Shown: positions 1 to 11,304, counted from the stretch's first letter. The stretch is DNA of 20,000 nt from Chiloscyllium plagiosum (GCF_004010195.1 NC_057718.1:55729705-55749704), one strand, 5' to 3'. The notes: generated from the letters alone by a model not told the origin. Translations and numbers: made by a program.

Positions 1-104
1 TATATTGGGTCCAGGTCTATGTGTTTGTTGATGGAGTTTGTGGATGAGTGCCAAGCTTCTAGGAATTCCCTGGCTGTTCTTTGTTTCGCTTGCCCTATAA
101 TGGT
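1..104 (-). mobile_element. Penelope-like element fragment, C-terminal part of GIY-YIG endonuclease domain (runs off the window start)
   Basis: Minus-strand translation TIIGQAKQRTAREFLEAWHSSTNSINKHIDLDPIY matches the typical PLE endonuclease C-terminus (R-x-x-LE-x-W-H...SIN...L-x-x-x-Y). Confidence 0.8.
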
Positions 105-119
105 AATGCCCTATAACTC

Positions 120-611
120 CCCTCCTGACGCCCAAAACCAGTCCATCAACTACAAGGCACAAGCCAGGTGTGTGATAGAATATTGCTGACTAGTCTGGAT
201 GAGTGCAGCTCTAACAACACTCAAGAAGATTGACTCCATCCAGGACAAAGCAGCCGTTTTATTTGGCATCACATTCACAAAATTTCATTCCCTCCACCAC
301 TAAGGCTTGGTAGCAGATATTCACCAGGGGTCCTGAGACAGCACCTTCCAAGCTTACAACTACTTCTATCTATAAAGACAATGGCAGCAAATCCTGCAGG
401 TTCCCCTTCAAGCCATTCACTATCCCTAACTTGAGAGTCTATCATCTTTCCTTCACTGTCTCTGGGTCAAAATCCTTGAATTTCCTCCCTAATGACAGGG
501 TGGATCCATCTACAGCACATGGATTGCAGCAGTTTAAGAAGGCAATTCACCACCATCTTTTCAAGGGCAACTAGTGATGGGCACACCCACATTCCACAAG
601 TGAATAAAAAT
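120..611 (+). mobile_element. Degenerate CR1-group (Zenon/L2-like) LINE 3' fragment
   Basis: Decayed reading YKAQARCVIEYC*LVWMSAALTTLKKIDSIQDKAA resembles the post-RT region of these LINEs. It ends in ...CACCCACATTCCACAAGTGAATAAAAA and is homologous to the minus-strand copies at 3535-3680 and 5768-6400. Confidence 0.7.
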
Positions 612-1273
612 ATCCAGTTAATATGCATTCAACCTTCACTTTCTTTAAATAAAGCAAACAACCAAAATTTCTTGATAAATTAAATTAGACATCTCCATAT
701 TAAGTACAATGCATCGCATCATGAGACAGCCCTCCTCAGAGACCTCAAACAATGGTCTTTGTACGTGCATTTTCTGTATAAAACAATTAGGTAATTGTGT
801 TCAATCCTTTAGATTTAGTAGGTTATTTCTCTGCATGATTTGTTTCAAACAGCAAGATTAATTTATATCAGATTTTCATACAGTTTACTTTGTTCCTGAA
901 TGAACAATTATTGATGTAACATTCATGTAAATACAATCTTCAATATAACACTTATTAAGATCTCACTCAAAATGTTTAACAACTAACATCCCACATTGAC
1001 TACCTTCACAAAATCAAAATTTCAACAACTCAAGAATTTATAACAAACCATTTTATCTCAATTTAAAGGGTAATACTTTCACCCACAAGCAATGCTTTAA
1101 AACCAGCTGCACTAGACTACCTATGAGGAAAATTAGTATGTTAGGTGTTACTAATCATGATCAGTTTCATGGTCATTACACATTTCAAGAATACAGTTCC
1201 TAATTCCAGCGCTACGGTTTTAATATGCATCTACTTCTCTGCTCTCAAGTAAATTGCAAGCTAATGTCCACAT

Positions 1274-2093
1274 GTGGAGTCACAGGTAGATAGGATAATG
1301 AAGAAGGCGTTTGGTATGCTTTCCTTTATTGGTCAGAGTATTGAGTACAGGAGTTGGGAGATCATGTTGTGGCTGTACAGGACATTGGTTAGGCCACTAT
1401 TGGAATATTGTGTGCAATTCTGGTCTCCTTCCTATCGGAAAGATGTTGTGAAACTTGAAAGGGTTCAGAAAAGATTTACAAGAATGTTGCCAGGGTTGGA
1501 GGGTTTGAGCTATGGGGAGAGGCTGAACGGGCTGGAGCTGTTTTCCCTGGAGCATTGGAAGCTAAGGGGTGACCTTATAGAGGTTTATAAAATCATGAGG
1601 GGNNNNNNNNNNNNNNNNNNNNNNNNNNNNNNNNNNNNNNNNNNNNNNNNNNNNNNNNNNNNNNNNNNNNNNNNNNNNNNNNNNNNNNNNNNNNNNNNNN
1701 NNNNNNNNNNNNNNNNNNNNNNNNNNNNNNNNNNNNNNNNNNNNNNNNNNNNNNNNNNNNNNNNNNNNNNNNNNNNNNNNNNNNNNNNNNNNNNNNNNNN
1801 NNNNNNNNNNNNNNNNNNNNNNNNNNNNNNNNNNNNNNNNNNNNNNNNNNNNNNNNNNNNNNNNNNNNNNNNNNNNNNNNNNNNNNNNNNNNNNNNNNNN
1901 NNNNNNNNNNNCAGAGGAAGTGGTGGAGGCTGGTACAATTGTAACATGTAAAAGGCATTTGGATGGGTATATGAATAGGAAGGGTTTGGAGGGATATGGG
2001 CTGGGTGCTGGCAGGTGGGACTAGATTAGGTTGGGATATCTGGTCGGCATGGATGGGTTGGACCGAACATCCTGTACATCTCTATGACTCTAT
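1274..2093 (+). mobile_element. CR1 (HER1-type) LINE, 5'-truncated 3' end, spanning an N gap
   Basis: ORF 1274 has LYRTLVRPLLEYCVQFWSP...LERVQKRFTRMLPGL...LRGDLIEVYKIM (CR1 ORF2 C-terminus). The 3' UTR ends in a CTCTATGACTCTATG repeat tail. Confidence 0.93.
1603..1911. other. Assembly gap (309 N)
   Basis: Run of N bases. Confidence 1.
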
Positions 2094-3059
2094 GTATAAA
2101 GTTAACCACAACTAATGTCCAATTAATTAACACTGAAAATGTGAGAAGCTGTATTGCTTTTTCTTTTTATATTCCATAATTTTCCAGATGGATTTCCACT
2201 CTGATCCATTGGCCTAACAATATCTCCTGGTGAGGCCTTCCAACTGATCTTTTAAAAATATATATATTTGGTTCCATCTTCTGCTTTCATGCTTCATAAC
2301 ACGCTCTAATTTAAATTAAATGGGTTGACATTAACAAAGATGAGTGAGGAATTTAAGATATACAAGATGAAGGCAGCTCACAATCTTTTTGGATTTTAGA
2401 AGTTCTGTCTGCTTCAAAGTTTATTGCTATTTTAAAAATTTTTGCAAATATGTTTTCCACTAGGATATTAACTTTGATGACTTAATAGTGAATTACCCTG
2501 ATTCAGTCATAACAACAAACATTTATTTCAGATCATCAGGTTGGCTGTTATGTTTGCTTTCTGACTATCATAAGTTAAATATGGAGAATCGGTTTACATT
2601 CAGTATGGCTTTTTAAGTTTTGGAGGGGCAGGTTGTGACTTTAACAATGATGTTCAGGCTTCACAAGCTGTCTGTAAAAGAGCAGCTGAATGAAGGTGGA
2701 TATACACTGGGATGTCAGTAATGGCCACCCTTGGGAATCATGTACATGGAGGCAGTGAAAGGGTGAATGGCATAGAGGGGAACTTGGGCAGCAGTAAATG
2801 CTTGGTCAGTGCAAGTGATCATTACCCTTCTAGCATTGAGAGAATAAGAAGATGAGGCATGGCTACAAAATACAGTTTTTAGAAGTTATCGGAGCACTCA
2901 AGAAAAGCAAAAATTCGCGATGGGGACATGACTAACAGATTTTAAGCTGAGCAGTGATGAAGTGCAACACCTTTCACAGAAAGGGCAGAGCATTAGATAG
3001 CCAGCGGAAAGGAATGAGAGGCAAGCAGAATAAGGCTGTCATACATGCATCCCATCATT

Positions 3060-4220
3060 TACCAGAGAATGAACTATCCTGGTGCTACCTTGAGATGACC
3101 ATGAACTGTTGCCACAGGCAACTGCATTTCCCCAAGCAGATAGTCATAGAGATTTGTCCTCGCACCACTTAAGACTTCTTACCTCACAACAATTCTTTCC
3201 ATGTCTTGCTTGTACCTGTCAAAGTCTCTGTGACATTAAACCTCTTCATTTACTGGCTTTTTCCAAGGATCGGCAGCACACCTTGGTGGCTGCTCACATA
3301 CCACTGCATTGTACAGGTTATTGGTGCCCTATTTTTGAGAGCTGGGCAGTACATTCAATTCTGGTCAGACACAGCTTTATACGAGCAGATGGCAATGGCT
3401 TTTGCTTCCACTTCTTAATTCCCTCAGGTGCAAGGGCATCATCAATTGTTTTTAGATGGTCAGGAAGGCATCCAGTGACTGGCTAATCAGATTCATCAGA
3501 AGGAGAGATGCTGTGCTTTTATGTAGTTATTGTTTCACAGGATGTAGGCATCACTGAGTCAGGCAGTTTTTAATTCGCCATCCCTAATTGAACTTGAGAA
3601 GGTGAAACTGAGGTGTCTTCTTGAACCAATGCAGTCAATGTGGTACAGCTGCACCCACAGTACTGTTAGGCAAATTTTAGCTGGTCAGCAATCATAATAA
3701 CTGACTCTTGTTGGCAGCTACTAAGACTCCTTTATTTTCTGTCAGTCCAGGCTGCCAAAAGTATTCACTCCAATCTCCAAACTCCATAAATGGATTCTTG
3801 AGACAAAGGATATGGCGTGAAAAGATTTCTATTTGCTCCTCCATAGGAGCCAAAGACAGAGACATGGAGGTGATACAAAGTCAATACTAGGACAATGATT
3901 GAGCAGGCCTTCAGGTTTTACAGATACAACTCCAGTGACTACTTTGGTGAAGTCATGGCTTGTAATATCATCCTGCAAGGCTCTCATTGTGGTTTTTTTG
4001 CCCTGTGCATGACGTGACCCCTCATAGAAATGTGCACCTTGAAGAAGGTGACACCCAACAAGAACAACACAGCTCAGCGGAGGAAATGGATGAACAGGAT
4101 GTGGAAGAAGAGATGGCAAAAATACAAAGGTGTCCCAATTGTACAAAGAAATGTTCAGGCAGGGTGAGAGACTTGAAGGACTCATCAGGATTCTATTTGC
4201 ATCAAAGATCATTTAACTCA
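3060..4220 (+). pseudogene. Decayed PIF/Harbinger (HARBI1-like) DDE transposase, interrupted by a LINE fragment
   Basis: Motifs occur in the correct order across frames: YLEMTMNCCHRQLHFPKQIVIEIC; LVPVKVSVTLN; HCIVQVIGALFLRAGQYIQF; FPQVQG-IINC (IDC motif, 3441-3449); GSY*DSFIFCQSRLPKVF; WIL-DKGY (3791-3813); TRTMIEQAF (E at 3901); L*YHPAR; then an acidic tail. Confidence 0.85.
3535..3680 (-). mobile_element. Short 3' tail of the same CR1-group LINE family as 120-611, inserted in the Harbinger fossil
   Basis: GCCATCCCTAATTGAACTTGAGAAGGTG...TTCTTGAACCAATGCAGTCAATGTGGTACAG aligns by eye with 5815-5900 and with the reverse complement of 490-585. Confidence 0.7.
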
Positions 4221-4453
4221 TTTCAATTGAAGTCATCTGATCCAGAAGCAACAGCAAATTTGGGAACCCATTTTGAGCTACATGTGCGTATATTAGCACT
4301 GAGACATAGTTTAGAACAAGTAAGCTTCTTCTACCAATGAAGGATGCATATCTTCCTAGATGTTTCACTCTCACTGTTAAGTGGATCCTAGCCTTCCTTC
4401 ACCACTTGACACCTCTTGTCCTGCCATTAATAAAAGCAGGCTCATGTGTCTGG

Positions 4454-5093
4454 TTTATTGGTCAGAGCATTGAGTCTTTCCTTTATTGGTCAGAGCATTG
4501 AGTATAGGAGTTGGGAGTCATGCTGCGATTGTACAAGACAATAGTTAGGCCACTTTTGGAATATTGCGTGCAATTCTGGTTTCCTTCCTATCGGAAGATT
4601 GTTGTGAAACTTGAAAGTGTTCAGAAAATATTTACAAGGATGTTGCCAGGGTTGGAGGATTTGATCAATAGGGAGAGGCTAAATAGGCTGGGGCTGTTTT
4701 CCCTGGAGCGTCAGAGGCTGAGGGCTGACCTTATGGAGGTTTATAAAATCATGAGGGGCATGGATAGGATAAACAAAGTTTTTTTCCCTGGGCTCGAGGA
4801 GTTCAGAACTAGAGGGTATAGGTTTAAGGTGAGAAGGGAAAGCTTTAAAAGGGACCTAAGGGGCAACATTTTCATGCAGAGGATGGTATGTGTATGGAAT
4901 GAGCTGCCAGAGGAAATGGTGAAGGTTGGTACAATTACTGCATTTAAAAGTAATCTAGATAGGTATATGAATAGGAAGGGTTTAGAGGGATATGGGCCAA
5001 GTGCTGGCAAATTAGACTAGATTAAGTTAGGATATCTGGTCGATATGGACAGGTTGGACGAAAGATCTGTTTCCATGCTGTGCATCTCTATGA
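4454..5093 (+). mobile_element. CR1 (HER1-type) LINE, 5'-truncated 3' end
   Basis: ORF 4511-5020 reads LYKTIVRPLLEYCVQFWFP...TRGYRFKV...VWNELPEE...FKSNLD. The tail ends CATCTCTATGA and the copy closely resembles those at 1274 and 12852. Confidence 0.95.
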
Positions 5094-5202
5094 ACCAATA
5101 TGTACTTGTAGCGTAGAATGGAAAATAGTATATGGTTATATGTAGAAAGCACTACAATGACCCAATTCTTGGCCACATCTTTAGATGACATGCCCCTGAC
5201 AA

Positions 5203-5240
5203 GACATAAGATGTAAGAGCAGAATTAGCTCATTCAACAC
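5203..5240 (-). repeat. Very short CR1 3'-tail remnant
   Basis: ACATAAGATGTAAGAGCAGAATTAGCTCATTCAAC resembles the tails at 9401 and 19695. Confidence 0.4.
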
Positions 5241-5767
5241 ATCTTTCTACTCTTGAGTGAGAATATCTGTTTGTGACACTTATAAGGGACATCAAATACC
5301 AGAAAACCTATGTTGGAGAGGTATTTGTAGCATAACTTTAAAATTAAGTGTGGTACCCTCTGTATCGCTTGATTCTGTCAGTTGTAAACAGTGCTTTGTG
5401 AACAAAAGGTTCACTTTTTGATAATGTGTTGCTAGCTCCCATGTGTTACTTGTTTTGCTTGCTTAAAACTATATTCACTTGCTTCAATTTTCTTAAAAGT
5501 GAACACTTTGCTGACTGGCAACAGTGCCATTGCTAATGTGATGCCAGTTGACTACAATTTCTCAGAGGTTCTGACCAGAAGTAATCAGAAGACAAAAGCA
5601 TACATCATCATCCTGGAATGTGATCTATCATGTGATTTAAGAATATTCCAACTCCGCCAATGCAAATGACAAAGAAGCAAGATGTCTGTCGCAGCCAGTT
5701 CAAATCAAAGGAGCATTCAAAATTCATTATGGCTTGAATTGAACCTAACAACATTTTTAGAAAGTGT

Positions 5768-6400
5768 TTTACTTGCTGTTGGAATGTGAGCATTACTGGC
5801 TGGGCCAATATTTATTGCTGAACTCTAGTTGCCTCTGAGAAGGTGGTGGTGAGCTGCTTTCTTGAACTGCTGCAATCTATGTGCTGTAGGTAGACCCACA
5901 ATACCATTAAGGAGGGAATTCTAGGATTTTGACACAATGGCAGTGAAAGAATGACAATATATTTCCAAGTCACAGATGGTGAGTGGCTTTGAGGGGAACT
6001 TGTAGGTAATGGTGTTCCCATGTGTTTGCTGCCCTTGTCCATCTAAATGGAAGAAGTTATGGATTTGAAAGATGCTGTCTCAGGTTCTTTGGTGAATTTC
6101 TGCAATGAGCACCAGTGGTATAGGGAATGGATGGTTGTGGATGTAGTGCTAACTAGTGGGTTGCTTTGTGCTGGATGGTATCAAACTTCTTAAGTATTGT
6201 TGGAGCTGCATTCAACCAGGCAAGTGGAGAGTTTTTCATTATGTCCCTCATCTGTGCCTTGTACATGGAGGACAGGCTTTGGGGGAGTCAGGAGGTGAGT
6301 TACTTGCTGCTGTATTCCTAGCCTCTGGCCTGCTCTTGTAGCCGCTGGCATGGCCTGTTGAGTTTATGGTTGGTGGGAACCTGGAGGATGTTGATGGTGT
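5768..6400 (-). mobile_element. Degenerate CR1-group (Zenon/L2-like) LINE 3' fragment
   Basis: Reverse complement is homologous to 120-611, e.g. CTCCTGACTCCCCCAAAGCCTGTCCTCCATGTACAAGGCACAGATGAGG (about LLTP-SLSSMYKAQMR). It appears to have an internal deletion near 6105. Confidence 0.75.
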
Positions 6401-6569
6401 ATGATATAATTAAACACTGGGCATTAATTGTGGATTCATTTGAGTCCTATAAACAGACACCAACTAAAAATGTGATTATATAATTATAATATTTAAGTAT
6501 AAAATTGAGTAAAGTTCGAACCTGTTTCAACTGACTTTTTGGAACGGAACACCCAGGACAAGTACTGTA

Positions 6570-6898
6570 CAGTACTTCCGAAGTGGAAACATGGTGCTAA
6601 TTTGTGCACTGCCAAGACCCACACAGTAATGCAATATTTACCAGGTATTCTGTTTTTGTAATGTTGACTGAAGAATAAATATTGTCCAGGAGGCTGGGAT
6701 ATTTTCTTTGAAGTAGTGCTATGTGATCTGAGAAACCAGACTGGGCTTCAGTTTAACATCTTATTCAAGAGATGACAGTGAGATGCTTCTTTAATGTTGC
6801 ACTGAAGTTTCAGTTTAGACTTTTGTGCTGAAATGGGACTTGAACCTACAATTGTTTGCCTCAGTGGTAAAAGTGTTGACAACTGAACTAGGGCTAAC
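6570..6898 (-). mobile_element. tRNA-derived DeuSINE (SacSINE1-like), degenerate
   Basis: The minus strand has an A-box-like TAGTTCAGTTGTCAAC and B box GGTTCAAGTCCC (6835-6846). These are followed by Deu-domain-like GATGTTAAACTGAAGCCCAGTCTG...CCTGGACAATATTTATTCTTCAGTCAACATTAC...GTGGGTCTTGGCAGTGCACAAATT. Confidence 0.8.
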
Positions 6899-7189
6899 TT
6901 GTCATGCAAACATAGAAATACATAATTTGCTTATCTGAAATTTCTTTCTCAACTCTTGTCAACTGCCCATTAATATTTACACTAGTGCCAATGTTTTGTG
7001 TCAATATTGAATTTTGAAATACACCATTATGAGATATCATAATTATCATTATTCTATCCTGACCAGACATTTAGACCAGTTGAGATAGCAATCCACATAA
7101 TGGGATGGCAATAAATTATCTATGTTACTGCTAAGAAATGTTAAAAAAAAATTAACAGGGTTCACATAAAAAATTTACACAGAGACTGA

Positions 7190-7390
7190 CTTGTGGAGAA
7201 TGAACTTTCAGAGCAAGTGGTAGATGCAGGTACAGCTACATTTAAAAGGCATTTAGATAAGCACACAAATAAGAAACAATTGGAGGGATCAGGACTAAGC
7301 ATAGGTAGGTGGGACTAGTTGAGGTTGGGATTATGGTCAACATGGACTGGTTGGACCAAAGGGTCTATTTCCATGCTATGACTCTGACTA
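7190..7390 (+). mobile_element. CR1 (HER1-type) LINE 3' terminal fragment, older copy
   Basis: GAATGAACTTTCAGAGCAAGTGGTAGATGCAGGTACA...TTGGACCAAAGGGTCTATTTCCATGCTATGACTCTGACTA is homologous to 4895-5093. Confidence 0.85.
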
Positions 7391-7457
7391 ATATTGTATC
7401 AAAGAGTGAGTGAAAATCAGAGCACTTGGCTAATTCATAATTCTGCACTCAGCGAAG

Positions 7458-7987
7458 GATTTGATTTGATTTATTGTCACATCTATGTAAGTACAGTGAA
7501 AAGCTTTGCGAGTAGTACAGGCAGATCATAGTAAGTAAGGACATACAGATCACAGGGTGAAAGAAACTTGGATAGAATGAGGCATACAGGATTGCACCAT
7601 ACAGGACGTGCACAAGGCAAGATCAACATTTTTGAAGTTAGAGTGTCCATTCATCAGTCTAATAACAGCAGGGAAGAAACTATTCTTGAACCTGCTGGTG
7701 CGTGTGTTCAAGCTTCTGTATCTTCTGCCTGACAGTAGAGGTTGTACCAGGATGGGGTGGGTCTTTGATGATGTTGGCAGCCTTTCCATGGCAACGGGAG
7801 ATGTAAATGGAGACCATGGCTGGGAGTTGGCTTTCGTAATGGTATGGGCTGTGCACACATCCTTCTATAGTTTCTTGTGGTCCTGGGCAGAGCAGTTGCA
7901 TACCAGGCCATTATGTAGCCGGACAGTAAACTTTCTGTGGTGCATTTTTAAAAGTTGATGAGGGTCCTTATGGTCATGCTGAGTTTC
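7458..7987 (-). mobile_element. Rex1/Babar LINE 3' fragment
   Basis: Minus-strand peptides MAWY, KAANIIKDPPHPG and LLSGRRYRSLNTRTSRFKNSFFPAVIRLMN match the Rex1 ORF C-terminus. It has an (AATCA)n microsatellite tail at about 7458-7472 and is homologous to 13365-13900. Confidence 0.9.
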
Positions 7988-8384
7988 GACGTACGAGTAT
8001 TAAATGTGGTTGTAACACACTAGCATTGATTCTCTGATTTGCACTCTTTTTTTCACTCATGCCTGCTCTTGAGGCTGTGAGATTGCTGAATATACTTAGC
8101 TAGTGCAGTGAACTGTGGCTATAATTATGTGCCTAGATTGTGAAGGCAGAAATGTTTAAAAAGCAACATGGATTCCATGTTTGTGTGTCCAAATTGTTAG
8201 TAAATAATAATCTTTATGAATTTAAAAATGCTTGCGATGTATTTTGAATGAAAATCCTTTGTGTTTGATTATGTTCAGGAATCAGAAAAATATCCTCACC
8301 ACTATATCACCCAATACTTTGTAAAAGGGCACTGTTGTTGAAATCTAATTATTTAATAAAGATTACAAGCAGTATTTTTAGATA

Positions 8385-8512
8385 TTCCCAATGAAGGGCT
8401 TATATCCAAAACGTTGATTCTCCTGCTCCTCAGATGCTGCCTGACAAAAGTGCTTTGCCAGCACCACACTCTCAACTCTGATCTCCAACATCTGCAGTCC
8501 TCACTTTCTCCT
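8385..8512 (+). mobile_element. Short Penelope-pLTR-like element with degenerate hammerhead core and 14-bp TSD
   Basis: Homologous to 14671-14799. The core is TTCCCAATGAAGGGCTTATATCCAAAACGTTGATT. Flanks are AGTATTTTTAGATA (8371-8384) and AGTATTTTTGGATA (8513-8526). Confidence 0.85.
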
Positions 8513-9400
8513 AGTATTTTTGGATAGCAAGGATTTTAGTCGTGATACCCAAAGAATTAGCAGGGTTGCATCTCAGGGACTTCTTCCCCTCAATCACAAG
8601 ACTCCCACCTTGGAGAACTGCTGACCAATCTGATTATTCTGACAGTTTGTAGCCCAGGCTGCATCAGTTGTAGCAGTGGTGAATAGTAATCCCAGAATGC
8701 AATACCAGTTAAGTGTTGGGAAATTCACACATGGCAAGGAAGGCTAGGGCAAGATGGCTGAGGAGAAAGTTTTGGGGATTGTAGACTATTAGACGGGTGC
8801 AGAAAACGTCTGTATTTGGCAGACCAGATGGGACTGATGTCTGAAGTACAAAAATGGCATTTGAGGGAGGTGTATCTTCTCATCCAACATGCTGCCCTGA
8901 ACTCCTCCCGTAAATGTAACTATTGAGTTTGGGGGGAATCCTTGAGTTGCCAATAATTGTTGGCTTAAGGATCTCCACTGGGGATGATTGGTTGCCGTAG
9001 AATCTATTTGCCAACAACACCATCTCGACCACTGTTTGCAAATGTATGGACAAGTGAGTGAGATTGCAGCAGGAAGTTTACACCAGGAATATTTAGACTT
9101 GCCCTGCTAGCAAACTTACCAGCCATGAGACCGTAAACGTTTGTCCCATTTATGTATTTTTGCAATATCTCCAAGAATTCAATACTTACATAGTTGTAAA
9201 TCTTCTCCCAGGAATTTTACTTGCTTGCCATCAGGAAATGCTTAAAATCTGTCTATTTTATTCCACTGTGCTATTAATTCTCCTACCCTTGGCTCTTCTT
9301 GCATTGCTTATATGATAGATTAGTCATGATTGAAACTTGTTTTTTGATTGTGTCTAGATATGTGCAATTATACAATTATTGAAGCTTAATTAGTTTGAAG

Positions 9401-9512
9401 CATAAGAACATTAGAAATTGGAGAGGGAGTAGACCATATGGCCCCAAGAACCTGCTGCATAATTCAATAAGATCAAGGTTGATCTGATCTTGATCTTAAT
9501 TCCACTTTCCTG
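9401..9512 (-). repeat. CR1 LINE 3'-tail remnant
   Basis: CATAAGAACATTAGAAATTGGAGAGGGAGTAGACCATATGGCCCC...ATTCAATAAGATCAAGGTTGATCTG is a typical reverse-complemented CR1 3' end, similar to 19695-19783. Confidence 0.75.
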
Positions 9513-9618
9513 AACATATTGTTTTGTAAGATAATGGAAATTAATGTATTCAAATAATTTTAAACATAAAATGATATTTTAATGCATTATAATTTTGTTA
9601 TAATTTATTTTGTTTTGA

Positions 9619-9789
<171 letters not shown>

Positions 9790-11304
9790 TGACAGTGGGA
9801 TTTTGTAGTGAGATGTGGTCTGGTGAAAAACATAGACGGCAGATGCTTCAGAGGCAAAGGAAACTCTGATATTATTAAAAGTAGCAAAATTGAGAATATG
9901 CATAATTCCTGACAAGTAAATGAATATTTAGAAAAAACCATGCTATGCATCAATTAATTGAGACTTGTCTGACAGTTATTAACACCCCATTTAACCCTTG
10001 CAGCCGCAACTTGGTACAGTGGGTTCTGAATTACAGAGAGCTGTCAATTATTGGGTGATGGACGAAAAACGAGAGAGAGTAAACACGAATCCTGGGGTCC
10101 TATCCTGCTTCCCTTCCCTGGAGAGCGACCTGCACCCTTGGCCCTGAAGTCCACCCTTCCTACCCTGTCTTACTGAGCTGGGACAGAGGGTCTCAATGAC
10201 CTTATACTCAACCCCAAAGTGACTTTTGTTGACTTGGACAGTGGTGGATTTCGCTGGTGCTGCCCCCAGTCGATCTCTCAACTCTCCAGTCACTTCTCGA
10301 CAATATGTGGAGGTTCATGGATAAGAAGATTCTTACTGTCCTTCTTTCTCTGAGTCTGCAACTGGCTGTGGGTGATTCTGTTGACACTGCTTAGACTTCT
10401 TGCTGAACGACCCCAGAGATCAGGGTTCCCCAGTTATACTGACTGTCAGTTTCCCTTATCTCCCGCCAAATCTGATTTGATCACCAAGCTGTTGTCGCTC
10501 CTCTCGAATTTGAATGAGCCTCCTGAGTATTAGATGAAGTGTGAATGGTTTTCCAATTAAAGTGAGTGGGTTTCTGATACTTCTGAATGTCCATTATTTC
10601 TCTTAGATGGGTATAGATTAAGATGTTGCTGATAGTGTGAAGGCCTTCCCATTCAAGGCAAATAGGTTTGCATGTCGTACAATGGTGCGAAATGTTTACT
10701 ATCTCTGCATCCGAGCAAAGGATTAAAAGTTGAATGGTTTCATAATTTTGTAGGCTCCAGAATGAGTTGATTGTTTGCTCTGCAGAATGCTGTTAATTGT
10801 CTTTTAGCTGAGGCATTTGTGGGGGTTCTTTCTTTAGCTTTTCAAGCTGAAACCCTATTCCAGACAGCTGCCCCGAGGCTGCATATTGCTTAGTCAGGAG
10901 ACTGCATATCTCAGTCAGAAGCCTCAATGACTCTTAGTTCAAAGGTTCAAGTCCTAAATTCAGAGGGTTTTAGTCCAGGGTATCTGATGGGCATTTTTGC
11001 TCCACCTTAAGTGGTGATATTGACATATTTATTACCATTTTGAATTCATTGATAGCTTAACTATTTTTATTTATGGTCAGCAAGAGGATAGGACCTGATG
11101 CCAATCAGAGGTCATTTCCCACAGTTTTGCATCACCATATCCACTCTCTTCTACTGTCTTGTCCAACGTGCCTCCACCCTACTTCACCAGGATCAGTCAC
11201 CCTGGCCTCAGAGAGATCCTAGACCTACCTAAATGTCCATGTTCATTGTCTTTACTGGCAATGCTAGTTTGAAAAATTACCAGCTGCCATTTGGATGCTG
11301 GAAG

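Noticed and set aside
1585..1958. Long ORFs spanning 1585-1958
   Set aside because: Artefacts of translating through the N gap.
3987..4340. 117-aa ORF with an acidic stretch and CPNC, as a possible novel gene
   Set aside because: Explained as the frameshifted C-terminus and read-through of the Harbinger fossil.
4741..5010. Antisense ORFs over CR1 copies (also 12927-13313) and over Rex1 (7608-7958, 13783-14097, 14207-14458)
   Set aside because: Shadow frames of LINE coding sequence with no independent evidence of being genes.
8530..9180. Possible ancient non-autonomous DNA-transposon remnant (also 10970-11290)
   Set aside because: Too decayed; no TIRs or TSD could be verified by eye.
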